A stretch of DNA of 55,413 bases, taken from contig NW_021834000.1 in assembly GCF_006345805.1 (NCBI RefSeq), positions 1 to 55,413 of the forward strand. The letters run 5' to 3'. The notes beneath the pieces were generated by a model. It was not told the DNA's origin, ran no database searches, and saw only the letters and a program-made list of their open reading frames with translations. Shown here in pieces: positions 49,305 to 55,413 of the stretch. Numbering within the stretch: the first letter of the stretch is position 1; every line of letters starts with the position of its first letter. This DNA comes from Octopus sinensis. Taxonomy: Eukaryota. The position numbers and the translations under genes were made by a program.

Positions 49305-49684
49305 TTATGGTCGTAATGAAATGAATTTGATTCCCGGCAGCACGTTGTGTCCTCGAGTAAGACACTCCATTTCTCTTTGTTCCAGTACACTCAGCTGGCA
49401 AAAATGAGTAGTACTTGTACTTCTAAGGGCCAGCTTTATCACATTCTCTGTCACGCCAAATTTCTCTGAAAACTAGTTCTCAGCCACTTGCACGTTAATA
49501 TTACGAGCTTGGGTGTTTGATTGATCAGATCAACTAGAACCCCCGTCGTCGTATCCGACGGAGTACCAATTAGATATATATGTATATATACATGTGTGTG
49601 TGCATGTGCGTGTGTAATGGATAGGTAATTTAGGTAGATTAATAGTTAAACAACAGCTAAGTATGTAAATGGATAGATAGATTA

Positions 49685-49940
49685 GTTTATTGCCCACGCA
49701 GGATTGAACACAGAAGGGACAAAATACAAAGTAGAGCTTTTCTTTTTGGGAAGAAGAGAAGGAGAAAAAAGGTGGGGGGGGGCGAATTTCGATCAAAAGG
49801 GATCGTGAAAAAAAAGTGGGGCAGATCAATAGGGATCGTGTATCACAGAAATGTCAATGTAAAAAGGGAAAATAGATTAGGTTTGTCCATGGATAGAAAA
49901 GCCCGCGGAAAAGACCACGGGAACCTTGGGCAATAGTATC
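49685..49940 (-). mobile_element. Tx1-like 3' UTR copy, inverted relative to 47696-48826
   Basis: Reverse complement matches ccgtggtcttttccgc.ggcttttct.tcca.gg...attgacatttctgtgata.acgatccctattgatc; 3' end abuts gatagatag. Confidence 0.85.
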
Positions 49941-50019
49941 ATGCAAAAAGTAAACACATTACAGTAAGTGGCTCTCTTTTTTCCTTTCGTTTTCTTTTTC
50001 TTTTGGTTCATAGATAGAC

Positions 50020-50151
50020 AGACAGACAGACAGATAGATATACAAACACACAGACAAATAGCCAATCAGACAAATAGCCAGACGGATACACAGATAGACA
50101 GATAAATAAATAGGCAGAGATATATATAGATATGTAGATAAATAGATAAAC

Positions 50152-50230
<79 letters not shown>

Positions 50231-50275
50231 CAGATAGGTAGGTAGGTAGGTAGGTAGGTAGGTAGGTAGGTAGTT
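50020..50275. repeat. (GATA)n/(GGTA)n compound microsatellite
   Basis: Direct observation. Confidence 0.95.
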
Positions 50276-51294
50276 AGAGAGATAAGTAACTGAATAGACA
50301 GATAGGTAACTAGATAACGTAAAAGATATATGACTAAGCTGTTTTTTAAGTTTATTCATATATATATAACATTACTTTTGACAGTTAAATTAAAATAAAC
50401 TAAGAACATACACACACACACACACCCACACCAAACAAAAATAAACAACAAAAGAAAGAGCAACCTTTGTATGTGTTTATGTCTAAGTATCTTGTGTTGC
50501 TGTCAACTGCAGTGTCATTGTCGTACGTAAAAAGCCGGCTTTACAAAACGCACTGTCATTTGAGAAGTCGGAATTCGTCAGCGAAGCTCTAATATTTGCA
50601 CCAAAACAGTGGTGTCGTATAGTGAAGCAAGTGAAAATTAATCTCAGCCTTGTTCAATAATCTCTAGAGGTTTCTACGATATAAATTTCTCGTCCTCGTT
50701 GAAAATTTAAACCAACTTGACATCTGACCAACGACTTAGCGTGATGAATATGTTTGTGAGTGTGTGGTGGATACAGTAGTGAATAAGGAAGCTACTGAAA
50801 ACAAAGACGATAATAAAATATAAAACGAAACAGATAGAAACACGCGGATATCAATTCTCGGGCCTTAGGCGTGTTGCTTAAATTAATGTTATTTTATAAA
50901 TGTATCAATTCCAGGTTTGGAGATGAAACTCGTGCTTGCATTCTTTCTTTTTCATTATCTTAGTTTGCAATTATTTGTAACGGTGACTTGAAACAGAGAG
51001 CAATTTGAAAATATGTTATTTTTAGGAAGTTACTTGAAGGCAGAAGGAGCTATAAGTAATAGTTCTTTATATTTCGGGTAAAATATCACTTGATGATGGA
51101 AAAAAAAAGGAAGGCGAACAGAATAGCCGACGGGTCTGTTAGGTATATCAACCACACTTAGATCATCAAGGGAGTGGCTGTCAGCGTATACGGAGTTTTA
51201 GCAGGTAATCACAGGTTCAACTAGACTAGTGAAACGGATGGGCCCACTGTAGGACCTCTTGCTATTACACCAGAAACAACAACAAAAACAATGA

Positions 51295-51480
51295 TTATAA
51301 TCCTTTCTGCTATAGGCAAAAGGCCTGAAATTCGGGGAAAGGGGATAGTCGATTACATCGACCTCGAAAGGATGAAAGGCAAAGTCGACCTCGGCGGAAT
51401 TTGAACTCAGAACGTAGCGGCAGACGAAATACCGCTAAGCATTTTGGTCGGCGTGCTGACGATATTACCAGCTCACCACC
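51295..51480 (-). mobile_element. SINE family B with (AAT/GAT)n tract
   Basis: aaaggcaaagtcgacctcggcggaatttgaactcagaacgtag...ccgctaagcattt. Confidence 0.85.
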
Positions 51481-51497
51481 TTATAATAATAATCATG

Positions 51498-51543
<46 letters not shown>

Positions 51544-51586
51544 TGATGATGATGATGATAAGTGATAATGATAATAATAATAATAG

Positions 51587-51634
<48 letters not shown>

Positions 51635-51944
51635 GTTTCTTCGACACCTAGTCAATGATTTCTGTATTCCTCCTTAATAATGATTTTAATATTTACATCC
51701 ACATATACAAGCACATATATTTACCCATATAGAGATGTTTGTAAAACTAAGTTAAATGGACCACAAATGCATAAATATGTACATATTTTAATTATTTTTA
51801 ATCAGCAGGAGTTTCAAAGTGATTCAAGGGACAAGAGTAACGTGTACAACGAAACTCTTGCTTCCCAACCATTCTGTCTTTCGTTCAGTCCCTCAGCCTT
51901 TGGGCCAAAATGCATAAAAGAATTTTAAAATCTGTGTTTGCAAG

Positions 51945-52160
51945 TGTGTGTGTGTGTCTGTCTGTCTTTGTGTATTTATGTGTTTGTGGTTTTCTGTTTG
52001 TTTTATGTCCCACTAGAGAACCTGTATTTGGTTGTTTGCGTCCTCTTATCCAAAGGGTTCGGTAAAAGAGACCAAAGGAATTAGTACCAGGCTTAAAAAA
52101 TAAGTACTGGGAGCAATATTTTTGACGAAGATCACGCAGTCCATCACTGAAGCAAGTAGA
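51945..52160 (+). mobile_element. Old, diverged SINE family A 3' half
   Basis: ggttcggtaaaagagacc...taagtactggg. Confidence 0.55.
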
Positions 52161-53337
52161 TACGTGTGCATTTCTATTTTTGCGTTATAGCAGAAGAGTA
52201 TAATTTCGCGTATAGATCATAAGTTAATGACGTTCGACAGCTGTTTCATTAAGATACACATCATTAAATGTATAAATACAAAACTGTGATACATAAATAA
52301 TTAACCGAACTAAATGTAATTTGAAAGTTGTGTTCACCTTTATCGTCAATAATGCTGTGTTATGTTGATTTTATATATATATATATATATATATAGATAG
52401 ATAGATATAGATAGATAGATAGATACACACACACACGCACGCGCACAACACACATATATATATATATGTGTGTGTGTATATATATATGCTTATACAATAA
52501 GAAATACTTCACGAATGGAGATTATATATTTTATTTTTATTAATTCATTGCTACATATGTTTCGGTATTACATGCATTTTTATGAGACCGCTTCACTATA
52601 TCCATAGGATAATATTAAATATCATTTATAATATGCATGGACCCTATGGGGACCCATTAATTTGACATGCTTACAGATAACTCGGCATGTTGGGGAATAA
52701 TTTGCGCTAATCAGCAACAAGTAACATAGGAGCTTTTATCAGCGTACTTGTAGACATCTGCTATATACAAAATACAAAGATATATTTGTACATATATATA
52801 TGTTTGTCTGTGTAATATATATATATAGATACAAATTTTTTAGGCAATATACAATTATTTATATATATATATATGTATATTCATATATTCATACTATCGT
52901 CAAAACTTGAAAATTCAAGGTCCAAAGAGCCTTTAAACTTTAAAATTTTGAAGGAGTCACGCCCTCCAAACGCATACATTGCAAGACTGTCAGATCGCAT
53001 TGCGCAGGAAGGAGCGCGGTTGCTTTTATCATAAAATTTTAACAACATAATTATATATAATTTCAGTTAATCTAATTAGAGTATAATTACTAGATACATC
53101 TGAGTAGAGGCTGAGTATGTGCTCCAGGAAAAGATTACTGTATCTGTTTAAATAAAAAAAGACAAAAATGAATGAGATTGCATTTTATATTATTGCACCA
53201 TTGAAGGGATTTCTGGTAACAAAGAAATGGGAGGTATGCCAACAGTTATGTACAATACTGTGTACACATATATCTAAGCATCCACTTACCTACCTAACGT
53301 ATCTATCTATCTATCTATCTATCATTATCTATCTATC

Positions 53338-53376
<39 letters not shown>

Positions 53377-53377
53377 A

Positions 53378-53413
<36 letters not shown>

Positions 53414-53569
53414 GTCTGTCTATCTATCTTGTCTGTCTGAGCGTACATAATTTGATATACACGCAAACACAAACATTAGAATACTGTAATCTGTAATCAT
53501 TACATATAGTTATATCGAAAGAAGCATGTGTGTATACATACACACACATATACTTATGTATATATTATA

Positions 53570-53604
<35 letters not shown>

Positions 53605-53714
53605 ACATAAAGTAAACATTTATGCATAAATGCATAAATATACACCAACATATGCATGTATACTTATATACGTATCTAGGTAACTATATCTCTCTATATA
53701 TTGCATTATGTATG

Positions 53715-53746
<32 letters not shown>

Positions 53747-53991
53747 CATACATATATATAATATATATAAGACATACATACATATATAGATATATATATA
53801 GACATACATACATATAATTATATATATATTATATATATATATATATATGCTACAAAAAAAAGTATACGTGACACGTCAAAAAAGTTTCACACATGTGTCA
53901 AAATTAAACAAACTCAAGTGACTTGATACCTCAAAAATTATAAAATAAGGGCTATCAAACGTACAGATACACACATACATATGTATGTATG

Positions 53992-54045
<54 letters not shown>

Positions 54046-54094
54046 CACACATACATTGTATGTATGTATATCTACATAAATATCTATATATATA

Positions 54095-54125
<31 letters not shown>

Positions 54126-54544
54126 AATATATGTACGTGAGTACAACGCATATAACGCACATATATAGATACATTCAAAGTTATAAACGTAACTAGAATT
54201 ATTTCGCCGTATTGTAAATATTAGTACGTTGCTTTTCAATTACACCATTGACTAAAAAATATTTCTTTACAAAAAAAAGCAGCAGGGAAACTCATACAGA
54301 AAAAGAAAGACTAGACATTGGCTACGATAATTTTAAATGTGTGCCAATATGTACTTTAATATATACATAAATATATATATATAACGAAGACCATATTTCG
54401 GTCTTGTGTCAATTCGTTTATTTTTAAGTACTTCGTTTGCTCATTGAGTACTTTAATAAATCCCAACTTTACGCACTCGTTTTTTTTTCGTAACTACCCA
54501 CTGTTTTTTTAATCCTGCGATCACCCCCCTCCTCTCTCTCTCTA

Positions 54545-54591
<47 letters not shown>

Positions 54592-55287
54592 ATCTATCTA
54601 TATAGCTAGCTAGCTATCTGTCTGTCTACCATCCTTTCTATGCGCCAACCTTTCTGTCGCATTTATATATATATATATATATATATCATTTCTATCGTTC
54701 TATCATTCTGTCGTTCTGTCAGTCTAACCACATCACTGATGCTTTTCTATTAATATAGAAAAACCTGCCCGTTTGCCTGGTCATTGGCATTTTTATTTAT
54801 TTATTTGTTTATTTATTTATTTATTTTGCAGTTCCTGATATATTTAACTTTTAATATTTTTCTCCCGACACTAACCTCTCAACTCTTTGAAGACTTCATC
54901 CGCTATCCTAAACATTCGTCTATATATATACTCCAGCAGCTTACGTTTCTGACACCACCAGATTGAAACCTATTTTCCGAAAGTGTCAACATTCTGATGA
55001 CATATGGTCGGAAATGATGAGGGGCGCTTGTTTGTTTGTTTGTTTGTTTGCATTCTCATCTTCTTTGTGCCACTTCATCATCATCATTATTTACACACAC
55101 ATACACACTCACACGCACTCACACACAAACGCACACACACGCACGCACACACACACACACGCACACACACTGCCATGTAATTATGAAGAAATAAGCCATA
55201 AAGCTACAAAAAAAAATGCACAATTATCATCGGAAAAAAATACGTGCAGACAGGGGTTGTCTGTCTGTCTGTCCGACCGTTTGTCAG

Positions 55288-55329
<42 letters not shown>

Positions 55330-55413
55330 AGATATCTATCTATCTGTCTGTTCTGACGCTAGGTCTGTATGTATGTATGTGTGTATATATATATTATATA
55401 TATATATATGTAT

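Noticed and set aside
52555-52600. Minus-strand GAAAC-ATAT-GTA
   Set aside because: 5' core has two substitutions and there is no stem I
132-55413. Most ORFs in the six-frame track ([20 protein letters not shown] runs)
   Set aside because: Translations of di- and tetranucleotide microsatellites, which lack stops in some frames

Overview
AT-rich, microsatellite-saturated eukaryotic non-coding DNA, most likely an intron or intergenic region of an Octopus genome. This identification is from recall of the SINE families and the repeat density, not from a search. No intact protein-coding gene is supported, and almost all ORFs in the six-frame track are microsatellite or SINE artefacts. The window is a mosaic of four tRNA-derived SINE families, LINE relics (Tx1/L1, R4/Dong, CR1), mariner, hAT and TA-anchored MITEs, Helitron derivatives and Penelope-like pseudo-LTR fragments. 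Two signals stand out. (1) Several minimal type-I hammerhead ribozyme folds can be read directly from the sequence, including a mirrored pair on opposite strands of a 588-bp near-perfect palindrome (38103-38690). (2) A Tx1-like retrotransposon has 3' ends that always abut (TATC)n and are stacked serially, and other elements are tied to (TAA)n, (TA)n and (TGTA)n tracts. Coordinates were counted by hand. Edges of diverged repeats are approximate.
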